From: Candidatus Krumholzibacteriales bacterium
GTDB taxonomy: Bacteria; Krumholzibacteriota; Krumholzibacteriia; Krumholzibacteriales; WJIX01
Direction: 5' to 3'
Assembly: GCA_046483305.1 (NCBI GenBank)
Contig: JAWODM010000018.1
Span: forward strand, 38,042-102,041
DNA length: 64,000 bases
The notes under the pieces are model-generated. The model worked only from the letters and a program-made list of their open reading frames with translations. It searched no databases and had not been told where the DNA came from. The translations under genes were made by a program, and so were the position numbers. Position 1 is the first letter of the stretch, and each line of letters starts with the position of its first letter. Of the stretch, positions 21,723 to 32,328 are shown in pieces.

Positions 21723-21809
21723 ATGAATGGACTGACATTCTGGTTGATTTTATGCGGTTTAATTTTCATTTATCTGGGATACGTTCTGATCAAACCGGAG
21801 AAGTTCTGA
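21723..21809 (+). CDS. kdpF: K+-transporting ATPase subunit F (not in ORF track)
   Basis: 28 aa MNGLTFWLILCGLIFIYLGYVLIKPEKF; YL..L..PE.F signature; stop abuts kdpA ATG. Confidence 0.9.
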   Translation: MNGLTFWLILCGLIFIYLGYVLIKPEKF

Positions 21810-23546
21810 ATGATTACTTCAATCCTGTTGCCTCTGATATTCTTCTTCCTGATTCTGGCGGCACTGGTATATATCCTTGGCGAATATCTGGCCTGGGTCT
21901 TTCGCAGGGAAATGGATACGGGAAAAGATAAGGAATCCTCTGTACCGGTACTGACCAGATATCTCGAAAAGCCATTAATGGGGCCGTTGGAAAGATTCAT
22001 ATACAGGGTTTGCGGTATCGACCCCGACCATTCGATGGGCTGGAAGGAATATTTCCTTTCGGGGTTTATCCTCAACGTAATTCTGTTCGTATTTCTCTAT
22101 CTCGTGTTCATTCTTCAGGGAGCGTTCCCCCTTAATCCCGATGGAATGCCTGGAATCAGCTGGCACCTGGCCTTCCATAACGCCGCGACCTTCGTAAGCA
22201 ACACCAATCAGCAGCACTACTCCGGAGAGATCAGCCTGAGCTACTTCTCCCAATTGTTCGCTGTGGTCCTGGCCATGTTCCTGTCAGCCGGTACCGGGAT
22301 GGCCTATATGGTAGGTTTTGCCAGGGGGTTGTTGAACAAGGAGGATCCTTACCTGGGAAACTTCTATACCGCCTTTATAAAATCCGTGTCCAGGTTCCTG
22401 CTGCCCCTGAGTTTCCTGGTCGCCCTGGTACTTCTTGCGCAGGGGGTCCCGCAGACGATGAAAGGGGCGGTGGAGGTGCAGACCCTGGAAGGAGCGGGCC
22501 AGGTTATCTCAAGGGGGCCGGTGGCGGCGCTGGAGGCGATCAAGATGGTCGGAACTAACGGGGGAGGGTTCTTCGGAGCCAACGCGGCGCATCCCTACGA
22601 GAATCCAACCCCTCTTACCAACCTTCTGCTGAACCTGGTTCTGCTTGCGGCACCTATGGCCATGGTGTACGCTTTCGGCGTCTGGATGCGCAAAAGACGG
22701 CACGGAGTAATTATTCTAACTGCGGCATTCCTTATAATCGTGGCGCTTCTGGGTATGGGTATCCTGGGAGAAACAGGACCCAATCCGGCCTTTCAGGAGT
22801 TGGGCCTTGACCAGTCTGCGGGGAACATGGAGGGTAAGGAAACCAGATTCGGTGTAACCCTTAGCGCCCTTTGGGGAGTTTCCACCACTTCGACCACCAG
22901 CGGAGCGGTAAACTCGATGCATGACAGCTTCAATCCCCTGGGACAACTTGCCTTATTCCTGGGTATGAGCATGAACTGCCTGGTAGCCGGCGTTGGAACT
23001 GGATTGCTCAACCTGTTGACCTATGTGCTTATCTGTGTTTTCATCGGGTCACAGATGGTGGGAAGAACGCCCAGCTACCTGGGAAAGAGAGTTGAACCAT
23101 ACGAAATCAAATGGGCCGCCATAATAATCCTGCTTCTCCCCACCCTGGTGCTGTTTCCCACCTCTCTGGCCCTGGTAACGGATACCGGCCGGGAAGGGAT
23201 CACCAATTCCGGCTACCACGGCCTGAGCCAGATAATATACGAATACTTTTCAGCCGCGGCTAATAACGGCAGCGGTTTTGAAGGGCTGAAGGACAATACG
23301 GTCTTTTATAACCTGTCCTGTGGAATCGTCATATTGGTGGCCCGGTATCTGCCGATACTTCTTCAGATGATAATTGCCGGTTCATTCGCCAGAAAGAAAT
23401 TACGCCCTGAAACGGTTGGCACCATGAAAGTGGAAAGCATAGCTTTCCTGGTACTGTTCATAGGAGTGCTGATTATAATAAGCGGGCTGGTCTTTATCCC
23501 GGCTTTCGCTCTGGGCCCCATAGCGGAAATACTGCAAGGCCTGTAG
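21810..23546 (+). CDS. kdpA: K+-transporting ATPase subunit A
   Basis: FVSNTNQQHY, GTNGGGFFGANAAHPYENP, MEGKETRFG, SAAANNGS. Confidence 0.97.
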   Translation: MITSILLPLIFFFLILAALVYILGEYLAWVFRREMDTGKDKESSVPVLTRYLEKPLMGPLERFIYRVCGIDPDHSMGWKEYFLSGFILNVILFVFLYLVFILQGAFPLNPDGMPGISWHLAFHNAATFVSNTNQQHYSGEISLSYFSQLFAVVLAMFLSAGTGMAYMVGFARGLLNKEDPYLGNFYTAFIKSVSRFLLPLSFLVALVLLAQGVPQTMKGAVEVQTLEGAGQVISRGPVAALEAIKMVGTNGGGFFGANAAHPYENPTPLTNLLLNLVLLAAPMAMVYAFGVWMRKRRHGVIILTAAFLIIVALLGMGILGETGPNPAFQELGLDQSAGNMEGKETRFGVTLSALWGVSTTSTTSGAVNSMHDSFNPLGQLALFLGMSMNCLVAGVGTGLLNLLTYVLICVFIGSQMVGRTPSYLGKRVEPYEIKWAAIIILLLPTLVLFPTSLALVTDTGREGITNSGYHGLSQIIYEYFSAAANNGSGFEGLKDNTVFYNLSCGIVILVARYLPILLQMIIAGSFARKKLRPETVGTMKVESIAFLVLFIGVLIIISGLVFIPAFALGPIAEILQGL

Positions 23547-23552
23547 GTAAAA

Positions 23553-25580
23553 ATGGAAAAGAAACAGATAAATCAGGCTCTTCGAGACTCCGTGGTCAAG
23601 CTCGACCCCAGGTACCTGGTCAAGAATCCGGTCCTGTTCGTAGTGGAGCTAACCACTATAGTTACCATCATGATGATGATCACCCCTGGTTTCTTCGCCG
23701 GCGCGGAAAGCAGAGCATATTACGGATTTATCGCCGGAATACTGATATTCACGCTTTTATTTGCAACATTTGCGGAATCCCTGGCCGAGGCTCAGGGCGA
23801 GGCTCACACCGAGAGCCTGCGGGCTATGAAAGAAAACGTCAGAGCAAACCGCCTGAAGAAAGATGTGCCGCTGAAGGAGATAAAGGAAGATGACTTCGAG
23901 GAGGTGGATGCGGAGGAGCTGCAAAAGGGCGACCTGATAATCGTCAGAAAGGGAGAGCAGATACCCGGGGACGGCACCATTGTGGAGGGGTCGGCTTCCA
24001 TCGACGAGTCGGCGATTACCGGCGAGGCAGAGCCGGTGATCCGCCAGAGCGGAACAGACGCCAGTTCTGTCACCGGCGGTACCGAGGTGCTGAGCGACCA
24101 GATAAAGGTTGAAATAAGTGTGGAGGCCGGAGAATCATTTCTGGATCAGATGATATCGATGGTGGAAAGCGCTAAACGGGAAAAAACCCCCAGTGAGATA
24201 TCACTCACCGTACTGCTGGCCAGCTTTACCTTCATCTATATGCTTGTCATCAGCACTATGTCATTTTTCGGACGGTACGTTAACATGACAGTGGATGTGG
24301 CCAATCAGATAGCGCTGCTGATAGGGCTGATGCCCACCACCGTCGGAGCCCTCCTCTCGGCGATACGGATTGCCGGAATGACCAGGGTGACCAAACACAA
24401 CGTTATAGCCAAATCTGGAAAAGCGGTGGAATCTGCCGGCGACCTGGACGTCCTGGTTCTGGACAAGACCGGAACCATTACCACCGGGGAACGGGTGACC
24501 ATCGCCTTTATTCCACTGGGAGGCCATAGCGAGGAAGAAGTTGCCGAGGTGGCATTGAAGGCCTCTCTATACGATCAGACTACCGAGGGCCGCTCGGTGG
24601 TAGCACTGGCGAAACAGCAGGGCCTGGAGATCAATGAAGATGAACTTCCGGAAGACAACTTCGTGGAATTCTCCGCGGAAACCGGAATGAGCGGCATAAA
24701 TCTGCCTGGCGGGCAGGAATTACGCAAGGGGTCGCTGGAAGCTGTCAGAGAAGTAGCGGATTCCATTCCGGACGACCTGGAAGAGAAGGGAAACCAGGTC
24801 GCCGACTCAGGAGGAACCCCTCTCGCGGTTCTGGTGGACAGGGAGATCATCGGCATTATCCACCTCCAGGACGAATTGAAGGAAGGAATAGGAGAACGTA
24901 TTGCAGAACTGCAGAAGATGGGCATAAAAGCTGTAATGTGTACGGGTGATAACGAGCGTACCGCCCGTTATATTGCCGAAAAGGCGGGCATTGATGAATA
25001 CTACTCAGGGTTCAAGCCGGAACAGAAAATAAATCTGGTCCGGGAGATTCGAGCGGAAGGCAATCTGGTCGGTATGACCGGCGACGGCACCAACGACGCC
25101 CCGGCTCTGGCACAGGCCGATCTGGGCCTTGCCATGAACGCGGGCACAGTGGCCGCCAAGGAAGCCGGCAATATGGTTGACCTGGATTCCGATCCGACAA
25201 AACTGATAGAGGTTGTCGGTATAGGCAAACAGCTACTGATGACCCGCGGTTCACTTACCACCTTCAGCATAGCCAACGATGTGTCCCGTTACTTCGCCCT
25301 GGTACCCGCTATTTTCGCCACCGGAGCGCCGATACTCGGCAAGATCAATCTGCTCAATCTGCACTCCGCCCAGAGCACCATTATTGCCTCGCTGATTTAC
25401 AACGCCCTGATAATTCCTTTTCTGATACCGCTGGCTATGCGGGGGGTAGATTATAAACCGGTCAGCGCCTCAAGGCTGCTGACCAAGAACCTGTTGACAT
25501 ACGGGGGCGCCGGATTCGTGGCCCCCTTCATAAGCATCAAACTGATTGACTCTTTCCTGGTCTACCTCGGTTTTTTCTAG
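23553..25580 (+). CDS. kdpB: K+-transporting ATPase subunit B (P-type ATPase)
   Basis: [50 protein letters not shown]. Confidence 0.98.
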   Translation: MEKKQINQALRDSVVKLDPRYLVKNPVLFVVELTTIVTIMMMITPGFFAGAESRAYYGFIAGILIFTLLFATFAESLAEAQGEAHTESLRAMKENVRANRLKKDVPLKEIKEDDFEEVDAEELQKGDLIIVRKGEQIPGDGTIVEGSASIDESAITGEAEPVIRQSGTDASSVTGGTEVLSDQIKVEISVEAGESFLDQMISMVESAKREKTPSEISLTVLLASFTFIYMLVISTMSFFGRYVNMTVDVANQIALLIGLMPTTVGALLSAIRIAGMTRVTKHNVIAKSGKAVESAGDLDVLVLDKTGTITTGERVTIAFIPLGGHSEEEVAEVALKASLYDQTTEGRSVVALAKQQGLEINEDELPEDNFVEFSAETGMSGINLPGGQELRKGSLEAVREVADSIPDDLEEKGNQVADSGGTPLAVLVDREIIGIIHLQDELKEGIGERIAELQKMGIKAVMCTGDNERTARYIAEKAGIDEYYSGFKPEQKINLVREIRAEGNLVGMTGDGTNDAPALAQADLGLAMNAGTVAAKEAGNMVDLDSDPTKLIEVVGIGKQLLMTRGSLTTFSIANDVSRYFALVPAIFATGAPILGKINLLNLHSAQSTIIASLIYNALIIPFLIPLAMRGVDYKPVSASRLLTKNLLTYGGAGFVAPFISIKLIDSFLVYLGFF

Positions 25581-25617
25581 ACCGGCGGGAGTATAATATC
25601 TGGAGGAACTCTGATAG

Positions 25618-26319
25618 ATGGTTGATGAAAAAGAATCAAAAGAAGAGCGGAAGAAGGAAAGCGAGGCTGCCCCGGCGGAATCCGGGGGCCGGATGGCTGC
25701 AGATGAGAAAGACGAGAAAGAGATTCCGACACCCGAACCGGAGCCCTTTCTGCGCCACTTCTCCAGCAGCCTGCGTTTGCTGATTGCCGGGGTACTGATT
25801 TACGCCGTGTTATATCCGGCCGTGCTCCTTCTGGCCGGAAAGGTCTTCTGGGGCGATAAATCCGAAGGAAGCATGGTTCATATTGACGGTAAAATTATCG
25901 GGGCAGAATTGATTGGGCAATCCTTCGTTTCAGAAAAGTTCTTTCATCCACGCCCCTCTTCCAAGGGATACGACGGGAGGAACAGCGGCTCGCAGAACCT
26001 GGGCCCATATAATGAAGCCCTGACCGAAAGGGTAACCGCCCGTCTCGGAGAACTTCAGGAGCAGGGCATCGCACCGGACGGAATCCCGGTCGGCTGGGTA
26101 ACAGAGTCGGGTTCGGCCCTTGATCCCCATATAACGCCGGCGGCAGCCCTTCTCCAGGTCCGGCGGGTAAGCCGGGCTGCCGGCCTGCCTCGAGAGGATT
26201 TGGAAAGAATGATCGATAAGCACACTGAGAGAAAGACAATGTGGATATTCGGGCAGGAGAGAGTAAATGTGCTGATGCTGAATCTGGATGTTCAGAAACG
26301 TATGGAGGGATCTGAATGA
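25618..26319 (+). CDS. kdpC: K+-transporting ATPase subunit C
   Basis: IGAELIGQSF, FHPRPS, VTESGSALDPHI, VNVLMLNL. Confidence 0.95.
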   Translation: MVDEKESKEERKKESEAAPAESGGRMAADEKDEKEIPTPEPEPFLRHFSSSLRLLIAGVLIYAVLYPAVLLLAGKVFWGDKSEGSMVHIDGKIIGAELIGQSFVSEKFFHPRPSSKGYDGRNSGSQNLGPYNEALTERVTARLGELQEQGIAPDGIPVGWVTESGSALDPHITPAAALLQVRRVSRAAGLPREDLERMIDKHTERKTMWIFGQERVNVLMLNLDVQKRMEGSE

Positions 26320-27224
26320 ACGACCAGTCTGAACAGCGGGGAAATGACAGGAAAGAAGAAAAAAGATATGAACATGTCCTGATACCGGTATCAAACCCGG
26401 ACACCGCCGAGGAACTGGTCAGGCTGGCCTGCAGCATCACCACACCCGCTTCCATACTTCACATAGTGAATGTAACCCCTGAAACCTCTTTTACCGACAG
26501 GACCACTTCCTGGAGAAAGAGCTCAAAACTGGTCGTGCAGATGACACACGTGGCCAGGCGGCTCGGCCGTGTAGCCAACCCGAAAGCGGTAACTTCACAG
26601 TCGATCGCAGATGCCGTGGTGAAAACGGCTGAAGAGATTGAAGCTGATCTGATTATCATGGGGTGGTTCGGGAAAGTTATCCCGGTTGCGGTAAGGAAAA
26701 GCAGAGTGGTCAACAAGGTGCTGCACAGGGCGGGGTGCGACACGGCGGTACTGAAGTCCCGGGGGCAGCTCCAGGAGGTAAAAAGGATTATTTTCCCGGT
26801 GGGGCCGAAGTTTGACGACGAACGTTTTGCCGCGCTGAAGGCGTTCAGGAGAATAAGAGGTACAGAAGTAGTATTCGTGAATGTGCTGACTCCCGGTACG
26901 AATAAAAATGAAGAACAGGCGCGCGAAATCCTCTCTGAATATGCCAATCAATTGAGCGGCCCTGCGGAATCCAGAGTAATACATTCCAGAAATGTCGTGG
27001 AAGGTATATTGAGTATAGCCGAGAAACAGGACCTGATAGTTATCGGCCCGGGCCGGGAATGGGTATTCAACAGGTTCCTGTTCGGCCTTCGCGCGGATCA
27101 GATAACAAACCGGGCTCCCTGCTCGGTCCTTCTGTACAAATCCAGGGAGGTAAAGGTAAAGTCCTGGATTCGGGGCCTGTTCAAGGCAGCCTGGATGAGT
27201 CTTTCCAGCAGCGGAAAAGAATAA
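26316..27224 (+). CDS. Tandem universal stress protein (KdpQ-like)
   Basis: Two USP domains (HVLIPVSNP...ADLIIMGW; RIIFPVG...DLIVIG...RAPCSVL); ATGA overlap with kdpC stop. Confidence 0.88.
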   Translation: MNDQSEQRGNDRKEEKRYEHVLIPVSNPDTAEELVRLACSITTPASILHIVNVTPETSFTDRTTSWRKSSKLVVQMTHVARRLGRVANPKAVTSQSIADAVVKTAEEIEADLIIMGWFGKVIPVAVRKSRVVNKVLHRAGCDTAVLKSRGQLQEVKRIIFPVGPKFDDERFAALKAFRRIRGTEVVFVNVLTPGTNKNEEQAREILSEYANQLSGPAESRVIHSRNVVEGILSIAEKQDLIVIGPGREWVFNRFLFGLRADQITNRAPCSVLLYKSREVKVKSWIRGLFKAAWMSLSSSGKE

Positions 27225-27249
27225 CCATGCTGGTAAACCTTAAGATCTG

Positions 27250-27530
27250 CATAAGATGAACTCCACCGATTGGCCTGTTCCGGTTTTTCCAGAGCTTTCT
27301 CCACGCATTTCATAAGCGCCCTGGATGTAGCCGTCTCTCCGGAGGCCGTATCCACCCGTGGGGATTGTTCTTTCATCATGCGGGGTATTACCTGAAGGCC
27401 CTTCCGGACGTATTCATTGCCGGCCCCGTTCTCCAGAATTTCGATATTCCTTATTTCCCCGGATTGTACTGATACCGGAATCGCTGAAACCCAGATGCCG
27501 GGCACCTCCTTCAGGGTTTTGTACATTATG
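27250..27530 (-). pseudogene. Probable remnant of an FMN-binding domain protein
   Basis: VSVQSGEIRNIEILEN...VDTASGETATSRALMKCVEKAL resembles FMN_bind VD.vSGAT.TS; no intact N-terminus; ends approximate. Confidence 0.55.
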
Positions 27531-27770
27531 TTTCAGCCCTTTTCCGTCCCGTATGCCGGTCTCCTGCCTAAGGGCCAGTTCAGGAAAGCGGGGCAGGCGC
27601 AGTGCGCTTCTTATCTGCCGGATAACTGTCACCCCTGGCCCGGAGCTCCCATCCCGGCAGAAACCGCCGCTGAGCAAAGTTGCCTCTCCCCGCTGGCGTG
27701 AAATTTCCATTCAGCGCCGGCCGTTCCGGCAGAGAACTATCTGAATGCCAGACATATTGAGCTGACGATG

Positions 27771-29225
27771 TCAGCTTCCCCCTACCCCTTCGGCGATACG
27801 GTCGCCGGCCTCCCTGTCGATGTTGCGCCAGTATTCGAAAGCCCGCTCGAGGACCGGTTCAGTCACTCCATTCTTCAGGTGCCCGATCACGTTGGATACC
27901 AGCCGGTCGCGCTGCGCGTCATCCATCACTTCCCTTACCAGGGTTCCGGGCTGCACGAAGTCGTCATCATCCTCGCGCCTGGTGTAGGCCGCGCGGATGA
28001 ACTCGCCGCTTGCGCTCCAGATCGCATCCTCAGGATAGCGCTCCGGATCCGGCCTGGGACCTCCCTTTGAGTTCGGCTTGTATACGGGATCTGAAACGTT
28101 ATCGATTCTCATCCTGCCACCCTTGCTGTAGCTGCGTACAGGGCATTTCGGCCGGTTCACCGGGATCTGCTTGTAGTTGACGCCCAGGCGCGCCCTGTGA
28201 GCGTCACCGTAGGAAACCAGGCGGGCAAGAAGCATCTTATCCGGGCTGGGGCCGATACCCGGCACCAGGTTGTTCGGCTCGAAGGCCGCCTGTTCGATCT
28301 CGGAGTGAAAGTCGGACGGATTGCGGTCCAGTGTCAGCCGCCCCACTTCATGCACCGGATAGTCGCCATGGGGCCATACCTTGGTCAGGTCGAACGGATT
28401 GAACCGGTAGGTCCCGGCCTCTTCGAAAGGCATGATCTGAACTTTCAGGGTCCAGCTTGGATAGTCGCCCCTCTTGATCGCTTCGAACAGGTCGCGTCGG
28501 TGGTAATCGGCGTCCTCTCCTGCTATGCGGTCGCCCTCCTCCTGAGTAAGGAATTCTATTCCCTGGTCAGTCTTGAAGTGGTATTTAACCCAGAACCGCT
28601 CCCCTTCGGCGTTGATCCACATAAAGGTATGGCTGCTGTAGCCGTTCATGTGCCGGTAGCTCCTGGGGATGCCGCGGTCGCTCATCAGGATGGTAACCTG
28701 GTGAGCTGATTCAGGGGACAGGGTCCAGAAGTCCCACTGCATGTCGTTGTCCCGCAGCCCGCTGTCCGCGCGGCGCTTCTGTGAATGTATGAAGTCCTGG
28801 AACTTCATGGGGTCGCGCACAAAGAACACCGGCGTGTTGTTCCCCACCATGTCGTAGTTACCCCCGGTGGTATAGAACTTCAGGGCGAAACCCCGGACAT
28901 CCCTCCAGGTGTCGGGGCTGCCGCTTTCGCCGGCTACCGTGGAAAACCGGGCCAGCACCTCGGTTTTCGTCCCTGGCTGGAATACCGCCGCCCTGGTATA
29001 GGCGCTGACGTCCCCAGTCACCTCGAAGTGTCCAAAGGCGCCGGAGCCCTTCGCATGGGGCTGGCGGTCCGGAATCATCTCCCGGTTGAAATTTGCCATC
29101 TGCTCGACCAGGTAGTGGTCGTGAAGCAGGATCGGTCCGTCCGGCCCCACGGTAAGTGAATATTCGTCGCTGGATACGGGGATCCCGGCATCTGTCGTTG
29201 TAAAATTACGATCATCTTTTTTCAT
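27771..29225 (-). CDS. katA: Monofunctional small-subunit heme catalase
   Basis: [15 protein letters not shown] distal His, [19 protein letters not shown] proximal Tyr. Confidence 0.96.
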   Translation of the reverse strand: MKKDDRNFTTTDAGIPVSSDEYSLTVGPDGPILLHDHYLVEQMANFNREMIPDRQPHAKGSGAFGHFEVTGDVSAYTRAAVFQPGTKTEVLARFSTVAGESGSPDTWRDVRGFALKFYTTGGNYDMVGNNTPVFFVRDPMKFQDFIHSQKRRADSGLRDNDMQWDFWTLSPESAHQVTILMSDRGIPRSYRHMNGYSSHTFMWINAEGERFWVKYHFKTDQGIEFLTQEEGDRIAGEDADYHRRDLFEAIKRGDYPSWTLKVQIMPFEEAGTYRFNPFDLTKVWPHGDYPVHEVGRLTLDRNPSDFHSEIEQAAFEPNNLVPGIGPSPDKMLLARLVSYGDAHRARLGVNYKQIPVNRPKCPVRSYSKGGRMRIDNVSDPVYKPNSKGGPRPDPERYPEDAIWSASGEFIRAAYTRREDDDDFVQPGTLVREVMDDAQRDRLVSNVIGHLKNGVTEPVLERAFEYWRNIDREAGDRIAEGVGGS

Positions 29226-29820
29226 GGTAATACCCCCCAATTATTTAACTGCAGTAATTAACCATCTGATTCTTACTCCCGGCATCGAGGTGCAGATCAG
29301 GGATGGGAAGGTCACAATTCAGCTGGCAGAGCCTGCTGTCCTCCGGACTTCTATAAGATCTGGAGCCGAGCACCGTCAGTAATGCTGATTCTCTCATTTA
29401 TATGCCCTTCATTCAATATATTTTATCATTAAATTGACCGGGCCGGTCATCCCAGGCCCCTGGTAATCATTGGAAACCATTAAGATACAGATTAGTTCAA
29501 TCAATAAAGACAACCCGGCAGACATCACCTGCCCGGCAGCGTTTCATCCTCATTAAGCGCCGATATTCGCCTCAACTGTAAGATGAGCAGAGGTTGCACG
29601 GCCTTTAAGTTGAACTTTCCTGCAGCGGGTGGCTCACCATTCCATCAACTATCTTTCGGTGGCCGAATTAACCCGGACACAAGGGCAACCGGCCGGAATC
29701 CGGGCTCCCGGATTATTAAATTGCCGGATTGCATATTTATCTCTTGAAGCCTGGCCGTTATCAGTCTATTATCAGAGCCATAAATCAGATGGTTGCTTTT
29801 GAATCTCAAGGGAGAGTAAA

Positions 29821-30369
29821 ATGAAGAAATTGATATTAACTCTCGCGATAATCCTGCTTCTGGCAACTGATGTTTATGCCTGTGAAGCTTATACAGCGTT
29901 TCTGTTTACAGAAGGAGAAGACCCGACTGCTGAAACATGCGAGGCATATCCTGCCCAGTTTGAAAGCATAGATATCAGACTCTGGATTTGCAGTGACCCC
30001 GGCAGAGGATTGGCAGGCTTCGAGCTGGGAATTGACTTCGACAGCGATGATACGGTGGGGTACACCCTGAATCCCGGAGTAGGCCCCATAATCGGCGATA
30101 TTACATCTGAAGCTTTCGCTGGAGCTTTTATGGTGTGCCAGACTGATCAATGGGTATGGATTGTAAAGTATCAGGTTTTATATGCCGGAACACCCCACAG
30201 GATTTACCTGGTCCTGAACTCAGAAACAGTTCAGTCGATAGTAACATCATGTGAAACCGATTACCCCCAATATGAACTCTCCGAAGGAAACCGCTTCGGA
30301 GTAAATATGGCCTGTATAGTCGACTCTGAAGAAGAGAGTTGGGGAGCAGTGAAAGCCATGTACAGGTAA
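29821..30369 (+). CDS. Secreted Cys-containing protein with C-terminal SWGAVKAMYR motif
   Basis: Signal peptide MKKLILTLAIILLLATDVYA; GGAG RBS; acidic body; ends EEESWGAVKAMYR. Confidence 0.8.
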   Translation: MKKLILTLAIILLLATDVYACEAYTAFLFTEGEDPTAETCEAYPAQFESIDIRLWICSDPGRGLAGFELGIDFDSDDTVGYTLNPGVGPIIGDITSEAFAGAFMVCQTDQWVWIVKYQVLYAGTPHRIYLVLNSETVQSIVTSCETDYPQYELSEGNRFGVNMACIVDSEEESWGAVKAMYR

Positions 30370-30636
30370 TCCCGGGAAGAAAACGCGCTGAAGTAGTGTT
30401 TCAAAATATTTAATTTCAGCAATCCCGGCCCATTGACATTTAACACACCCGGCTGACGTAGAGGATAAGACACGGGATTATGGGGTCCTCTTCGGATTAA
30501 AAACAGCGGCAGACTTCAGCTCTCCGGGCCGGGCAGGCACTGAAGGCCCCTGGCCAGGCCGAAACCCCGTGAATTGATCAAGGATATTATTCACCCCGGT
30601 TGCCTTATAGTTATATACACTCTGCTGAGGTCAGTC

Positions 30637-31848
30637 CTACTCCGCTTGAGAATAACCCGGAGTCGGCCGTGGGATAATCTCGAAATCAAAGGTGGAATCG
30701 TTGGTGTCCAGCCCCAGCTCCCTTCTTTCCACTGACTGGCCGCTGTACTTGACAATACCGATACCGGCAAACCCCGCGTCCACTCTCCGGGTCAGGTTCT
30801 TGATCCTGTCAGCCTGTGATGAGTACTCCACTCCATCTATCACATCATCCAGAGGGATTACAATCTGCTGACTGGTGGCCCCCGAAGACTGAACATAATC
30901 CTCTATTGTCCAGTTTTCTCCGGTGGCCAGCACCACAGCATCATACCCCAGGTTTATCATCCAGTCCGGGCCCATATCGGGGTTAATTGAGAGCAGGTTG
31001 GGCACTTCGGGATTGTCGTAATCATACTTCTGGGGATTGAAAGTTTCCCAGTCCGCATCGGACAGGTCCACACTGTTTTCAGCCCACATGGTATGGTCCA
31101 TGGCATCTCCGGCTATAACCACTATCTCCCCCGGGGCAATGGGGTACTCTCTCCCGGTAACCGGAGTTCCCGGAAACTGGTAGGCGTAGATCGCTCTGAC
31201 ATAATCCAGCGGCGGGTCTTCCACATCGGCTTCTACCGGCCTCTGCCTGGTTATTATCATTCCGTCCAGGTACATGGTGTCCGCGGAAGCGTTGTACAGC
31301 TCGCAGAACTGGCCATAGAAATAGAACGATGAGGCATCCGAGCCGCAGAAATATATCTCGTTTATCATCAGGTCGCTGGACCTTATCAGAGAGATCACCA
31401 CGGTGTCTTCGACAGCCTCATCCCCCAATATCCTGTAATCGCCGCCGCCGGTGAACACCTTTTTGGCATCGCCAAGATCGAGACTGGAAGTGGCGAAGAT
31501 CGAGTAATCTCCGGTGGGCAGATCATAGAAAGAAGCCACTCCAGACATGTCTGTAGTTGTTACCATGTTGTACTCGTGATTTCTGGCGGAAAGATGAATC
31601 TCCGCGCCGTCTACGAAGTTGATCGGCATGGACTCTATTCCGCCGAAGAGGCCGGAAGTATCGGCCACAGCCACTTCCAGGTAACCTTCACCGTCGGGCA
31701 TTTCAGGCATGTCCTCCCCGCAGCCCGTCATTACTGCAGCTGCCAGCACAAAAATAATGACTGCAACTGTCCGGTATATTGTATGTGAAAATAGTTCAGT
31801 GATCCTGCTGATCTTTTCGCTGCTTTTCTTATTATCCACGGCCAGCAT
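30637..31848 (-). CDS. DUF4876-like lipoprotein
   Basis: Lipobox-like VMTGC; INEIYFCGS, FCELYN...YLDG, DLSDADWE, DTNDSTFDF; GGAGGAG RBS. Confidence 0.75.
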   Translation of the reverse strand: MLAVDNKKSSEKISRITELFSHTIYRTVAVIIFVLAAAVMTGCGEDMPEMPDGEGYLEVAVADTSGLFGGIESMPINFVDGAEIHLSARNHEYNMVTTTDMSGVASFYDLPTGDYSIFATSSLDLGDAKKVFTGGGDYRILGDEAVEDTVVISLIRSSDLMINEIYFCGSDASSFYFYGQFCELYNASADTMYLDGMIITRQRPVEADVEDPPLDYVRAIYAYQFPGTPVTGREYPIAPGEIVVIAGDAMDHTMWAENSVDLSDADWETFNPQKYDYDNPEVPNLLSINPDMGPDWMINLGYDAVVLATGENWTIEDYVQSSGATSQQIVIPLDDVIDGVEYSSQADRIKNLTRRVDAGFAGIGIVKYSGQSVERRELGLDTNDSTFDFEIIPRPTPGYSQAE

Positions 31849-32328
31849 AATAACTCCTCCTGCGATATGCAACCACCTGGCGCCAGTTCATTCAATGTCC
31901 ATTCAAATATATGATAACAGGCCGATGCTGTCAATTCTGTCAGAAACAGCGCTGTAATAAAACCGGGCATACCCCTTGAAGGAATTGGAGTATTAACATC
32001 GCAGAAGACGCTGTTTTTCAACTCCGGTTCAATGATTTCACCTGCAGCCTAACCTCCTTTCCATACGAGAGGTCGAGAAGAATATTTGCTTGCTATCTAT
32101 TTTATGCAAAATCTCTTTTAACATGGAGATTGTCCCGGACCAGTTTTCATCCATCGGCGCATATTTCCTGTCCCGTATTCATTTGTTTATTTATCCGCGA
32201 CTTTTGACCTCAACTTTATTTTTTATGCAAGGATATCCCGCTTCCCGGGAAACCGGAGCCTCAGGTCAACACCAGAAGAGCTTGTGGCGTTGCGGGAGCA
32301 ACTTCTCTCATATGAATTGCTGCATTGA

